This document shows, piece after piece, positions 14,421-28,560 of a stretch of 64,000 nt of DNA. The translations under genes and the position numbers were made by a program. Position 1 is the stretch's first letter, and each line of letters begins with the position of its first letter. The stretch is from the human T2T-CHM13v2.0 reference genome, Homo sapiens, in NCBI RefSeq assembly GCF_009914755.1, contig NC_060933.1. One strand, written 5' to 3'. A model generated the notes under the pieces. The model made no database searches. It saw nothing but the letters and a program-made list of their open reading frames with translations, and was not told where the DNA came from.

Positions 14421-17400
14421 CCGAGTACAATGGAACGGAATGTAATGTAATGGAATGGAATGGAATGGAATGGAATGGAATGGAATGGAATGGAATCAAC
14501 CCGAGTGCAATGGAATGGAGAGGAATGGAATGGAATGGAATGCAATGGAATGGAATCATCCGGAATGGAATGGAATGGAATGGAATGCAAAGCAATGGAA
14601 TCAACTCGATTGCAATGGAATGGAATAGAATGGAAAGGAATACATTGGAATCAACCCGAGTGGAATGGAATGGAAAGGACTGGAATGGAGTGGAATGGAA
14701 TGGAATGGAATGGAATGGAAACAACTCGATTGGAATGGAATGGAATGGAATGGAATGGAATGGAATGGAATGGAATTAACCCGAAGAGAATGGAATGGAA
14801 TGGAATGGAACGGAACGGAATGGAATGGAATGGAATGGAATGGAAGGGAATGGAATGGAATGGAAACAACCCGACTGCAGGGGAATGGAATGGAATGGAA
14901 TGGAATGGAATGATACGGAATAGAATGGAATGGAACGAAATGGAATGGAATGGAATGGAATGCAATGGATTGGAATGGAATGGAATCGTTCCGAGTGGAA
15001 TAGGAGGGAATGTATTCGAGTGGAATGGAAAGGAATGGAATCAACCAGAGTGGAATGGAAGGGAATGGAATGGAATGGAAACTAATAGAATGGAATCAAC
15101 CCGAGTGGAATGGAATGGAAAGGACTGGAATGGAATGGAATGGCATGGAATCAACTCGATTGTAATGGAATGGAATGGAATGGAATGGAATGGAATGGAA
15201 TGGAATGGAATTAACCCGAATACAATGCAATGGAATGGAATGGAACGGAATGGAGTGGAATGGAATGGAATCAACCCGAGTGCAGGGGAATGGAATGGAA
15301 TGGAATGCAATGGAATGGAATCATCCGGAATGGAATGGAATTGAATGGAATGCAAAGTAATGAAATCAACTCGATTGCAATGGAATGGAATAGAATGGAA
15401 AGGAATACATTGGAATCAACCCGAGTGGAATGGAATGGAAAGGACTGGAATGGAGTGGAATGGAATGGAATGGAATGGAATGGAATCAACTCGATTGGAA
15501 TGGAATGGAATGGAATGGAATGGAATGGAATGGAATTAACCCGAATAGAAAGGAATGGAATGGAATGGAACGGAACGGAATGGAATGGAATGGAATGGAA
15601 TGGAATGGAATGGAAACAACCCGACAGCAGGGGAATGGAATGGAATGGAATGGAAACAACCCGACTGCAGGGGAATGGAATGGAATGGAATGCAAAGGAA
15701 TGGATTCAACTTGAATGAAATGGAAAGAATGGAATCAACACGAGTGGAATGGCATGGATTGGAATGGAATGGAATGGAATCAACCCGAGTACAGGGGAAT
15801 GGAATGGAATGGAATGCAATGGAATGGAATCATCCGTAATGGAATGGAAAGGAATGGAATGGAATGGAATGGAATGGAATGGAATGGAATCAACTCGATT
15901 GCAATCGAACGGAATGGAATGGAATTAACCCGAATAGAATGGAATGGAATGGAATGGAAAGGAACGGAACGGAATGGAATGGATTGGAATGGAATAGAAT
16001 GGAACGGAATGGAACGGAAAGGAATGGAATGGAATGGAATGGAATGGAATGGAATGGAATGGAATGGAATGGAATCAACGCGAGTGCATGGGAATGGAAT
16101 GGAATGGAATGCAATGGAATGGAATCTTCCGGAATGGAATGGAATGGAATGGAATGGAATGGAATGGAATGGAATAAACCCGAGTGCAATGGAATGGAGT
16201 GGAATGGAATGGAATGGAATGGAACAACCCGAATGGAATGGAATCTAAAGGAGAGTAAGGGAGTTGAATAGAATCAATCCGAATGTAATGGAATGGAATG
16301 GAACGGAATGGAATTGAATGGAATGGAATGGAATGGAATGGAATGGAATCAACCCGAGTTCAATGGAATGGAGAGGAATGGAATGGAATGGAATGGAAAC
16401 TACCCGAATGGAATGGAATGTAATGGAGTCTAAGGGAATTGAATAGAATCAATCCGAATGTAATGGAATGGAATGGAACGGAATGGAATGGAATGGAATG
16501 CAATGGAATGGAATGGAATGCAGTGGAATGGAATCAACCCGAGTGCAATCGAATGGAATCGAATGGATTGGAATGCAATGGAATGGATTCAACTTGAATG
16601 GAATGGAAAGAATGGAATCAACACGAGTGGAATGGCATGGATTGCAATGGAATGGAATGGAATCAACCCGAGTACAGCTGAATGGAATGGAATGGAATGC
16701 AATGGAATGGAATCATCCGTAATGGAATGGAAAGGAATGGAATGGAATGGAATGGAATGGAATGGAATCAACTCGATTGCAATCGAATGGAATGGAATGG
16801 AATTAACCCAAATAGAATGGAATGGAATGGAATGGAATGGAACGGAATGGAATGGAATGGAATGGAATGGAATGGAACGGAAAGGAAGGGAATGGAATGG
16901 AATAGAATGGAATGGAATGGAATCAACGCGAGTGAAGGGGAATGGAATGGAATGGAATGCAAAGGAATGGAATCTTCCGGAATGGAATGGAATGGAATGG
17001 AATGGAATGGAATGGAATCAACCCGTGTGCAATGGAATGGAGTGGAATGGAATGGAATGGAATGGAACAACCCGAATGGAATGGAATGTAATGGAGAGTA
17101 AGGGAGTTGAATAGAATCAATCCGAATGTAATGGAATGGAATGGAACGGAATGGAATTGAATGGAATGGAATGGAATGCAATGGAATGGAATCAACCCGA
17201 GTGCAATGGAATGGAGAGGAATGGAATGGAATGGAATCGAAACTACCCGAATGGAATGTAATGGAGTGTAAGGGAATTGAATAGAAACAATCCGAATGTA
17301 ATGGAATGGAATGGAACGGAATGGAATGGAATGGAATGGAATGGAATGGAATGCAATGGAATGGAATCAACCCGAGTGCAATCAAATGGAATCGAATGGA

Positions 17401-20400
17401 ATGGAATGCAATGGAATGGATTCAACTTGAATGGAATGGAAAGAATGGAATCAACACGAGTGGAATGACATGGATTGGAATGGAATGGAATGGAATCAAC
17501 CCGAGTACAGGGGAATGGAATGGAATGGAATGCAATGGAATGGAATCATCCCTAATGGAATGGAAAGAAATGGAATGGAATGGAAGGGAATGGAATGGAA
17601 TGGAATCAACTCGATTGCAATCGAATGGAATGGAATGGAATTAACCCGAATAGAATGGAATGGAATGGAATGGAACAGAACGGAATGGAATGGAATGGAA
17701 TGGAATGGAATGGAACGGAACGGAATGGAATGGAATGGAATGGAATGGAATCAACGCGAGTGCAGGGGAATGGAATGGAATGGAATGCAATGGAATGGAA
17801 TCTTCCGGAATGGAATGGAATGCAATGGAATGGAATGAAATGCAATGGATTCAACTCGATTGCAATGGAATGGAATAGAATGGAATGGAATGGAATGGAA
17901 TGGAATTAATCCGAATAGAATGGAATGGAATGGAATGGAACGGAATGTAACGGAATGGAATGGAATGGAATGGAATGGAATGGTATGGAATGGAATGGAA
18001 TGGTACGGAATAGAATGGAATGGAACGAATTGTAATGGAATGGAATTGAATGGAATGGAATGGAATGGAATGGAATCAACGCGAGTGCAGGGGAATGTAA
18101 TGGAACGGAATGCAATGGAATGGAATCATCCGGAATGGAATGGAATGGAATGGAATGGAATGGAATCAACCCGAGTGCAGTGGAATGGAATGGAATGGAA
18201 TGGAACAACCCGAATGGAATGGAATGTAATGGAGAGTAAGGGAGTTGAATAGAATCAATCCGAATGCAATGGAATGGAATGCAACGGAATGGAATGGAAT
18301 GGAATGGAATGGAATGCCTTCATACCGAATGGAATGGAAAGGAATGGAATCAACAGGAGTGGAATGGAATGGAATGGAATGCAATGGAATGGAATGGAAC
18401 GGAATGGAACGGAATGGAATGGAATGGAATGGAATGGAATGGTATGGAATGGAATGGAATGGTACGGAATAGAATGGAATGGAACGAATTGTAATGGAAT
18501 GGAATTGAATGGAATGGAATGGAATGGAATGGAATCAACCCGAGTGCAGGGGAATGTAATGGAAAGGAATGCAATGGAATAGAATCATCCGGAATGGAAT
18601 GGAATGGAATGGAATGGAAAGGAATCAACCCGAGTGCAATGGAATGGAGTGGAATGGAATGGAATGGAATGGAACAACCAGAATGGAATGGAATGTAATG
18701 GAGAGTAAGGGAGTTGAATAGAATCAATCCGAATGTAATGGAATGGAATGCAACGGAATGGAATGGAATGGAATGGAATGGAATGGAATGGAATGGATTG
18801 GAATCAACCCGAGTGCAGGGGAATGGAATGCAATGGAATGCAATGGAATGGAATCATCCGGAATGGAATGGAATGGAATGGAATGCAAAGCAATGGAATC
18901 AACTCGATTGCAATGGAATGGAATGGAATGGAAAGGAATACATTGGAATCAACCCGAGTGGAATGCAATGGAAAGGTCTGGAATGGAGTGGAATGGAATG
19001 GAATGGAATGGAATGGAATCAACTCGATTGGAATGGAATGGAAATAAATGGAATGGAATTAACCCGAATAGAATGGAATGGAATGGAACGGAACGGAACG
19101 GAATGGAATGGAATGGAATGGAATGGAATGGAATGGAATGGAATGGAATGGAATCAACCCGACTGCAGGGGAATGGAATGCAATGGAATGGATTCAACTT
19201 GAATGGAATGGAAAGAATGGAATCAACACGAGTGGAATGGCATGGATTGGAATGGAATGGAATGGAATCAACCCGAGTACAGGGGAATGGAGTGGAATGG
19301 AATGGAATGGAATGGAATCATCCGTAATGGAATGAAAAGGAATGGAATGGAATGGAATGGAATGGAATGGAATCAACTCGATTGCAATCGAATGGAATGG
19401 AATGGAATTAACCCGAATAGAATGGAATGGAATGGAATGGAACGGAACGGAACGGAACGGAACGGAGTGGAATGGAATGGAATGGAATTGTATGGAATGG
19501 AATGGCATGGTACGGAATAGAATGGAATGGAAAGAATTGGAATGGAATGGAATCGAATGGAATGGAATGGAATGGAATGGAATGGAATGGAATCAACACG
19601 AGTGCAGGGGAATGTAATAGAACGGAATGCAATAGAATGGAATCATCCGGAATGGAATGGAATAGAATGGAATGGAAAGGAATGGAAAGGAATCAACCCG
19701 AGTGCAATGGAATGGAGTGGAATGGAATGGAATGGAATGGAGAGTAAGGGAGTTGAATAGAATCAATCCGAATGTAATGGAATGGAATGGAAAGGAAGGG
19801 AATGGAATGGAATGGAATGGAATGGAATGGAATGCAATGGAATGGAATCAACCCGAGTACAATGGAACGGAATGGAATGGAATGGAATGTATTGGAATGG
19901 AATGGAATGGAAACAACCCGAGTGCAATGGAATGGAGAGGAATGGAATGGAATGGAATGGAAACTACCCGAATGGAATGGAATGTAATGGAGTGTAAGGG
20001 AATTGAATAGAATCAATCCGAATGGAATGGAATGGAATGGAACGAAATGTAATGGAATGGAATGGAATGGAATCAACCCGAGTGCAGGGGAATGGAATGG
20101 AATGGAATGCAATGGAATGGAATCATCCGGAATGGAATGGAATGGAATGCAATGGAATGGAATGGAATGGAATCAACCCGAGTGCAATGGAATGGAGTGA
20201 AATGGAATGGAATGGAATGGAAACAACCAGAATGTATAGGAATATAATGGAGTGTAAGGGAATTGAATAGAATCAATCTGAATGTAATGAAATGGAATGG
20301 AACGGAATGGAATGGAATGGAATGGAATGGAGTGGAATGGAATGCAATGGAATGGAATCAACCCGAGTGCAATCGAATGGAATCGAATGGAATGGAATGC

Positions 20401-21819
20401 AATGGAATGGATTCAACTTGAATGGAAAGGAAAGAATGGAATCAACACGAGTGGAATGGCATGGATTGGAATGGAATGGAATGGAATCAACCCGAGTACA
20501 GGGGAATGGAATGGAATGGAAAGCAATGGAATGGAATCATCAGTAATGGAATGGAAAGGAATGGAAAGGACTGGAATGGAATGGAATGGAATGGAATGGA
20601 ATGGAATGGAATGGAATGGAATCAAATCGATTGCAATCGAATGGAATGGAATGGAATTAACCCGAAAAGAATGGAATGGAATGGAATGGAACGGAACGGA
20701 ATGGAATGGAATAGAATGGAATGGAACGGAAAGGAATGGAATGGAATGGAATGGAATGGAATGGAATGGAATGGAATGGAATGGAATCAACGCGAGTGCA
20801 GGGGAATGGAATGGAATCGAATGGAATGGAAAGGAATGGAATGGAATCAACCCGAGTGCAGGGGAATGTAATGGAACGGAATGCAATGGAATGGAATCAC
20901 CCGGAATGGAATGGAATGGAATGGAATGGAATCAACCCGAGTGCAATGGAATGGAGTAGAATGGAATTGAATGGAATGGAACAACCCGAATGGAATGGAA
21001 TGTAATGGAGAGTAAGGGAGTTGAAAAGAATCAATCCGAATGTAATGGAATGGAATGGAACGGAATGGAATGGAATGGAATGGAATGGAATGGAATGGAA
21101 TGGAATGGAACGCAATGGAATGGAATCAACCCGAGTACAATGGAATGGAATGGAATGGAATGGAATGGAAAGGAATGGAATGGAATGGAATGGAATGGAA
21201 TGGAATGGAATGGAATGCAATGGAATGGAATATTCCGGAATGGAATGGAATGGAATGGAATGGAATGCAATGGAATGGAATCTTCCGGAATGGAATGGAA
21301 TTGAAAGGAATAGAATGGAATGGAATGGAATGTAATGGATTCAACTCGATTGCAATGGAATTGAATAGAATGGAATGGAATGGAATGGAACGGAATGGAA
21401 TTAAACCGAATAGAATGGAATGGAATGGCATGGAATGGAACAGAACGGAACGGAACGGAACGGAGTGGAAAGGAATGGAATGGAATTGTATGGAATGGAA
21501 TGGAATGGTACGGAATAGAATGGAATGGAAAGAATTGGAATGGAATGGAATGGAATGGAATGGAATGGAATGGAATCAACGCGAGTGCAGGGGAATGGAA
21601 TGGAATGGAATGCAATGGAATGCAATCTTCCGGAATGGAATGGAATGGAATGGAATGGAATGGAATGGAATGGAATCAACCCGAGTGCAATGGAATGGAG
21701 TGGAATGGAATGGAATGGAATGGAATGGAATTGAATGGAATGCAATGGAATGGAATCAACCCGAGTACAATGGAACGGAATGGAATGGAATGGAATGGAA
21801 TGGATTGGAATGGAATGGA

Positions 21820-24800
21820 ATGGAATCGTTCCGAGTGGAATAGGAGGGAATGTATTCGAGTGGAATGGAAAGGAATGGAATCAACCAGAGTGGAATGGAA
21901 GGGAATGGAATGGATTGGAAACTAATAGAATGGAATCAACCTTAGTGGAATGGAATGGAAAGGACTGGAATGGAAAGGAATGCAATGGAATGGAATGGAA
22001 TGGAATGGAATGGAATGGAATGGAATCAACGCGAGTGCAGGGGAATGGAATGGAATCTTATGGAATAGAATGGAATGGAATGGAATCAACCCGAGTGCAG
22101 GGGAATGTAATGGAACGGAATGCAATGGAATGGAATCATCCGGAATGGAATGGAATGGAATGGAATGGAATCAACCCGAGTGCAATGGAATGGAGTGGAA
22201 TGGAATGGAATGGAATGGAACAATCCGAATGGAATGGAATGTAATGGAGAGTAAGGGAGTTGAAAAGAATCAATCCGAATGTAATGGAATGAAACGGAAT
22301 GGAATGGAATGGAATGGAATGGAATGGAATGGAATGGAATGGAATGCAATGGAATGGAATCAACCCGAGTACAATGGAATGGAATGGAATGGAATGGAAT
22401 GGAATGGAATGGAATGATACGGAATAGAATGGAATGGAACGAAATGGAATGGAATGGAAAGGAATTGAATGGAATGGAATGTAATCGTTCCGAGTGGAAT
22501 AGGAGGGAATGTATTCGAGTGGAATGGAAAGGAATGGAATCAACAAGCGTGGAATGGAAGGGAATGGAATGGAATGGAAACTAATAGAATGGAATCAACC
22601 CGAGTGGAATGGAATGGAAAGGACTGGAATAGAATGGAGTCGAATGGAATCAACTCGATTGTAATGGAATGGAATGGAATGGAATGGAATGGAATGGAAT
22701 GGAATGGAATGGAATAAACCCGAGTGCAATGGAATGGAGTGGAATGGAATGGAATGGAATGGAACAACCCGAATGGAATGGAATGTAATGGAGAGTAAGG
22801 CAGTTGAATAGAATCAATCCGAATGTAATGGAATGGAATGGAACGGAATGGAATTGAATGGAATGGAATGGAATGCAATGGAATGGAATCAACCCGAGTG
22901 CAATGGAATGGAGAGGAATGGAATGGAATGGAATGGAAACTACCCGAAAGGAATGGAATGTAATGGAGTGTAAGGGAATTGAATAGAATCAATCCGAATG
23001 GAATGGAATGGAATGGAACGGAATGTAATGGAATGGAATGGAATGGAATCAACCCGAGTGCAGGGGAATGGAATGGAATGGAATGCAATGGAATGGAATC
23101 ATCCGGAATGGAATGGAATGGAATGGAATGGAATGGAATGGAATGGAATTAACCCGAATAGAATGGAATGGAATGGAATGGAACGGAACGGAATGGAATG
23201 GAATGGAATGGAATGGAACGGAACGGAATGGAATGGAATGGAATGGAATGGAATGGAATGGAATCAACGCGAGTGCAGGGGAATGGAATGGAATGGAATG
23301 CAATGGAATGGAATCTTCCGGAATGGAATGGAATGGAATGGAATGGAATGAAATGCAATGGATTCAACTCGATTGCAATGGAATGCAATAGAATGGAATG
23401 GAATGCAATGGAATGGAATGGAATTAACCCGAATAGAATGGAATGGAATGGAATGGAACGGAATGGAACGGAATGGAACGGAATGGAATGGAATGGAATG
23501 GTATGGAATGGAATGGAATGGTACGGAATAGAATGGAATGGAACGAATTGTAATGGAATGGAATTGAATGGAATGGAATGGAATGGAATGGAATCAACGC
23601 GAGTGCAGGGGAATGTAATGGAACGGAATGCAATGGAATGGAATCATCCGGAATGGAATGGAATGGAATGGAATGGAATGGAATGGAATGGAATCAACCC
23701 GAGTGCAATGGAATGGAGTGGAATGGAATGGAATGGAATGGAATGGAGCAACCCGAATGGAATGGAATGTAATGGAGAGTAAGTGAGTTGAATAGAATCA
23801 ATCCGAATGTAATGGAATGGAATGCAACGGAATGGAATGGAATGGAATGGAATGCAATGGAATGGAATCAACCCGAGTACAATGAAATGGAAAGGAATGG
23901 AATGGAATGGAATGGAATGGAATGTAATGGAATGGAATGGAATGCCTTCAAAACGAATGGAATTGAAAGGAATGGAATCAACACGAGTGGAATGGAATGG
24001 AACGGAATGGAATGGAATGGAGTGGAATGGAATCGTTCCGAGTGGAATAGGAGGCAATGTATTCGAGTGGAATGGAAAGGAATGGAATCAACCAGAGTGG
24101 AATGGAAGGGAATGAAATGGATTGGAAACTAATAGAATGGAATCAACCTGAGTGGAATGGAATGGAAAGGACTGGAATGGAAAGGAATGGAATGGAATGG
24201 AATGGAATGGAATGGAATGGAATGGAATGGAATCAACGCGAGTGCAGGGGAATGGAATGGAATCGAATGGAATAGAATGGAATGGAATTTAATCAACCCG
24301 AGTGCAGGGGAATGTAATGGAACGGAATGCAATGGAATGGAATCATCCGGAATGGAATGGAATGGAATGGAATGGAATCAACCCGAGTGCAATGGAATGG
24401 AGTGGAATGGAATGGAATGGAATGGAACAATCCGAATGGAATGGAATGTAATGGAGAGTAAGGGAGTTGAAAAGAATCAATCAGAATGTAATGGAATGGA
24501 ACGGAATGGAATGGAATGGAATGGAATGGAATGGAATGGAATGGAATGCAATGGAATGGAATCAACCCGAGTACAATGGAATGGAATGGAATGGAATGGA
24601 ATGATACGGAATAGAATGGAATGGAACGAAATGGAATGGAATGGAATGGAATGGAATGCAATGGAATGGAATGGAATGGAATGGAATGGAATGGAATGGA
24701 ATGGAATGGAATCGTTCCGAGTGGAATAGGAGGGAATGTATTCGAGTGGAATGGAAAGGAATGGAATCAACAAGAGTGGAATGGAAGGGAATGGAATGGA

Positions 24801-24910
24801 ATGGAAACTAATAGAATGGAATCAACCCGAGTGGAATGGAATGGAAAGGACTGGTATAGAATGGAATGGAATGGAATCAACTCGATTGTAATGGAATGGA
24901 ATGGAATGGA
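21820..24910 (+). repeat. Direct repeat of an ~0.9 kb block at 2207-bp offset (~21820-22700 and ~24030-24910)
   Basis: Shared private variants GGATTGGAAACTAATAG, GGAACAATCCG, GTTGAAAAGAATC and CAACAAG. ORF starts pair as 21922/24129, 21950/24157 and 22086/24293. Confidence 0.8.
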
Positions 24911-27640
24911 ATGGAATGGAATCAACCCGAGTGCAATGGAATGGAGTGGAATGGAATGGAATGCAATGGAACAACCCGAATGGAATGGAATGTAATGGAG
25001 AGTACGGGAGTTGAATAGAATCAATCCGAATGTAATGGAATGGAATGGAACGGAATGGAATTGAATGGAATGGAATGGAATGCAATGGAATGGAATCAAC
25101 CCGAGTGCAGTGGAATGGAGAGGAATGGAATGGAATGGAATGGAAACTACCCGAATGGAATGGAATGTAATGGAGTGTAAGGGAATTGAATAGAATCAAT
25201 CCGAATGTAATGGAATGGAATGGAATGGAATGGAATGCAATGGAATGGAATCAACCCGAGTGCAATCGAATGGAATCGAATGGAATGGAATGCAATGGAA
25301 TGGATTCAACTTGAATGCAATGGAAAGAATGGAATCAACACGAGTGGAATGGCATGGATTGGAATGGAATGGAATGGAATCAACCCGAGTACAGGGGAAT
25401 GGAATAGAATGGAATGCAATGGAATGGAATCATCCGTAATGGAATGGAAAGGAACGGAACGGAATGGAATGGAATGGAATGGCATGGAATGGAATCAACT
25501 CGATTGCAATCGAATGGAATGGAATGGAATTAACCCGAATAGAATGGAATGGAATGGAATGGAACGGAACGTAATGGAATGGAATGGAATGGAATGGAAT
25601 GGAACGGAACGGAATGGAATGGAATGGAATGGAATGGAATCAATGCGAGTGCAGGGGAATGGAACGGAATGGAATGCAATGGAATGGAAACTTCCGGAAT
25701 GCAATGGAATGAAATGGAATGGAATGCAAAGCAATGGAATCAACTCGATTGCAATGGAATGCAATGGAATGGAAAGGAATACATTGCAATCAACCCGAGT
25801 GGAATGGAATGGAAAGGACTGGAATGGAGTGGAATGGAATGGAATGGAATGGAAAGGAAAGGAATCAACTCGATTGGAATTGAATGGAATGGAATGGAAT
25901 GGAATTAACCCGAATAGAATGGAATGGAATGGAACGGAACGGAATGGAATGGAATGGAATGGCATGGAATGGAATGGAATGGAATCAACCCGACTGCAGT
26001 GGAATGGAATGGAATGGAATGCAATGGAATGGATTCAACTTGAATGGAATGGAAAGAATGGAACCAAAACGAGTGGAATGGCATGGATTGGAAAGGAATG
26101 GAATGGAACCAACCCGAGTGCAGGGGAATGTAATGGAACGGAATGCAATGGAATGGAATCATCCGGAATGGAATGGAATGGAATGGAATGGAATGGAATG
26201 GAATCAACCCGAGTGCAATGGAATGGAGTGGAATGGAATGGAATGGAATGGAACAACCCGAATGGAATGGAATGTAATGGAGAGTAAGGGAGTTGAAAAG
26301 AATCAATCCGAATGTAATGGAATGGAATGGAACGGAATGGAATGGAATGGAATGGAATGGAATGCAATGCAGTGGAATGGAATCAACCCGAGTACAATGG
26401 AATGGAATGGAATGGAATGGAATGGAAGGGAATGGAATGGAATGGAATGCAATGGAATGGAATCTTCCGGAATGGAATGGAATGGAATGGAATGGAATGG
26501 AATGCAATGGATTCAACTCGATTGCAATGGAATGGAATAGAATGGAATGCAATGGAATGGAATGGAATGGAATTAAACCGAATTAATGGAATGGAATGGA
26601 ATGGAACGGAACAGAACGCAACGGAACGGAACGGAGTGGAATGGAATGGAATGGAATTGTATGGAATGGAATGGAATGGTACGGAATAGAATGCAATGGA
26701 AAGAATTGGAATGGAATGGAATCGAATGGAATGGAATGGAATGGAATGGAATCAACCCGAGTGCAGGGGAATGTAATGGAACGGAATGCAATGGAATGGA
26801 ATCATCCGTAATGGAATGGAAAGGAATGGAATGGAATGGAATGGAATGGAATGGAATCAACTCGATTGCAATCGAATGGAATGGAATGGAATTAACCCGA
26901 ATAGAATGGAATGGAATGGAATGGAATGGAACGGAATGGAATGCAATGGAATGGAATGGAATGGAATGGAACGGAACGGAATGGAATGGAATGGAATGGA
27001 ATGGAATCAACGCGAGTGCAGGGGAATGGAATGGATTGGAATGCAATGGAATGGAATCTTCCGGAATGGAATGGAATGGAATGGAATGGAATGAAATGCA
27101 ATGGATTCAACTCGATTGCAATGGAATGGAATAGAATGGAATGGAATGGAATGGAATGGAATGGAATGGAATTAACCCGAATAGAATGGAATGGAATGGA
27201 ATGGAACGGAATGGAACGGAATGGAATGGAATGGAATGGAATGGAATGGTATGGAATGGAATGGAATGGTACGGAATAGAATGGAATGGAACGAATTGTA
27301 AAGGAATGGAATTGAATGGAATGGGATGGAATGGAATGGAATCAACGCGAGTGCAGGGGAATGTAATGGAACGGAATGCAATGGAATGGAATCATCCGGA
27401 ATGGAATGGAATGGAATGGAATCGAATGGAATCAACCCGAGTGCAATGGAATGGAGTGGAATGGAATGGAATGGAATGGCATGGAACAACGCGAATGGAA
27501 TGGAATGTAATGGAGAGTAAGGGAGTTTAATAGAATCAATCCGAATGTAATGGAATGGAATGCAACGGAATGGAATGGAATGGAATGGAATGGAATGGAA
27601 TCAACCCGAGTACAATGAAATGGAATGGAATGGAATGGAA

Positions 27641-28560
27641 TCAACCCGAGTGCAGGGGAATGGAATGGAATGGAATGCAATGGAATGGAATCATCCGGAA
27701 TGGAATGGAATGGAATGGAATGCAATCAACCTGATGCAATGGAATGGAGTGGAATGGAATGGAATGGAATGGAAACATCCCGAATGGAATGGAATGTAAT
27801 GGAGTGTAAGGGAATTGAATAGAATCAATCCGAATGTAATGGAATGGAATGGAATGAAATGGAATGGAATGGAATGGAATGGAATCAACCCGAGTGCAAT
27901 GGAATGGATTCGAATGGAATGGAATGGAATGGAATGGAATCAACTCGATTGGAATGGAATGGAATGGAATGGAATGGAATTCACCCGAATAGAATGGAAT
28001 GGAATGGAATTGAACGGAATGGAATGGAATGGAATGGAATGGAATGGAATGGAATGGAATCAACCCGACTGCAGGGGAATGGAATGAAATGGAATGGAAT
28101 GGAATGGAATCATCCGGAACAGAATGGACTGGAATGGAATGGAATCAACTCGATTGCAATGGAATGGAATGGAATGGAATTTAATCGAATGGATTGGAAT
28201 GGAATTAACCGGAATAGAATGGAATGGAATGGAATGGAACGGAATGGAATGGAATGGAATGGAATGGAATGGAATCAACCCGAGTGCAGGGGAATGGAAT
28301 GGAATGGAATGCAATGGAATGGAATCATCCGGAATGGAATGGAATGGAATGGAATGCAATCAACCTGATGCAATGGAATGGAGTGGAATGGAATGGAATG
28401 GAATGGAAACATCCCGAATGGAATGGAATGTAATGGATTGTAAGGGAATTGAATAGAATCAATCCGAATGTAATGGAATGGAATGGAATGAAATGGAATG
28501 GAATGGAATGGAATGGAATCAACCCGAGTGCAATGGAATGGATTCGAATGGAATGGAATG
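27641..28560 (+). repeat. Local direct repeat of ~270 bp at 634-bp offset (CAACCTGATG / AAACATCCCG module)
   Basis: ORFs 27691..27888 and 28325..28522 are near-identical. The module occurs at ~27721-27910 and ~28356-28545. Confidence 0.8.
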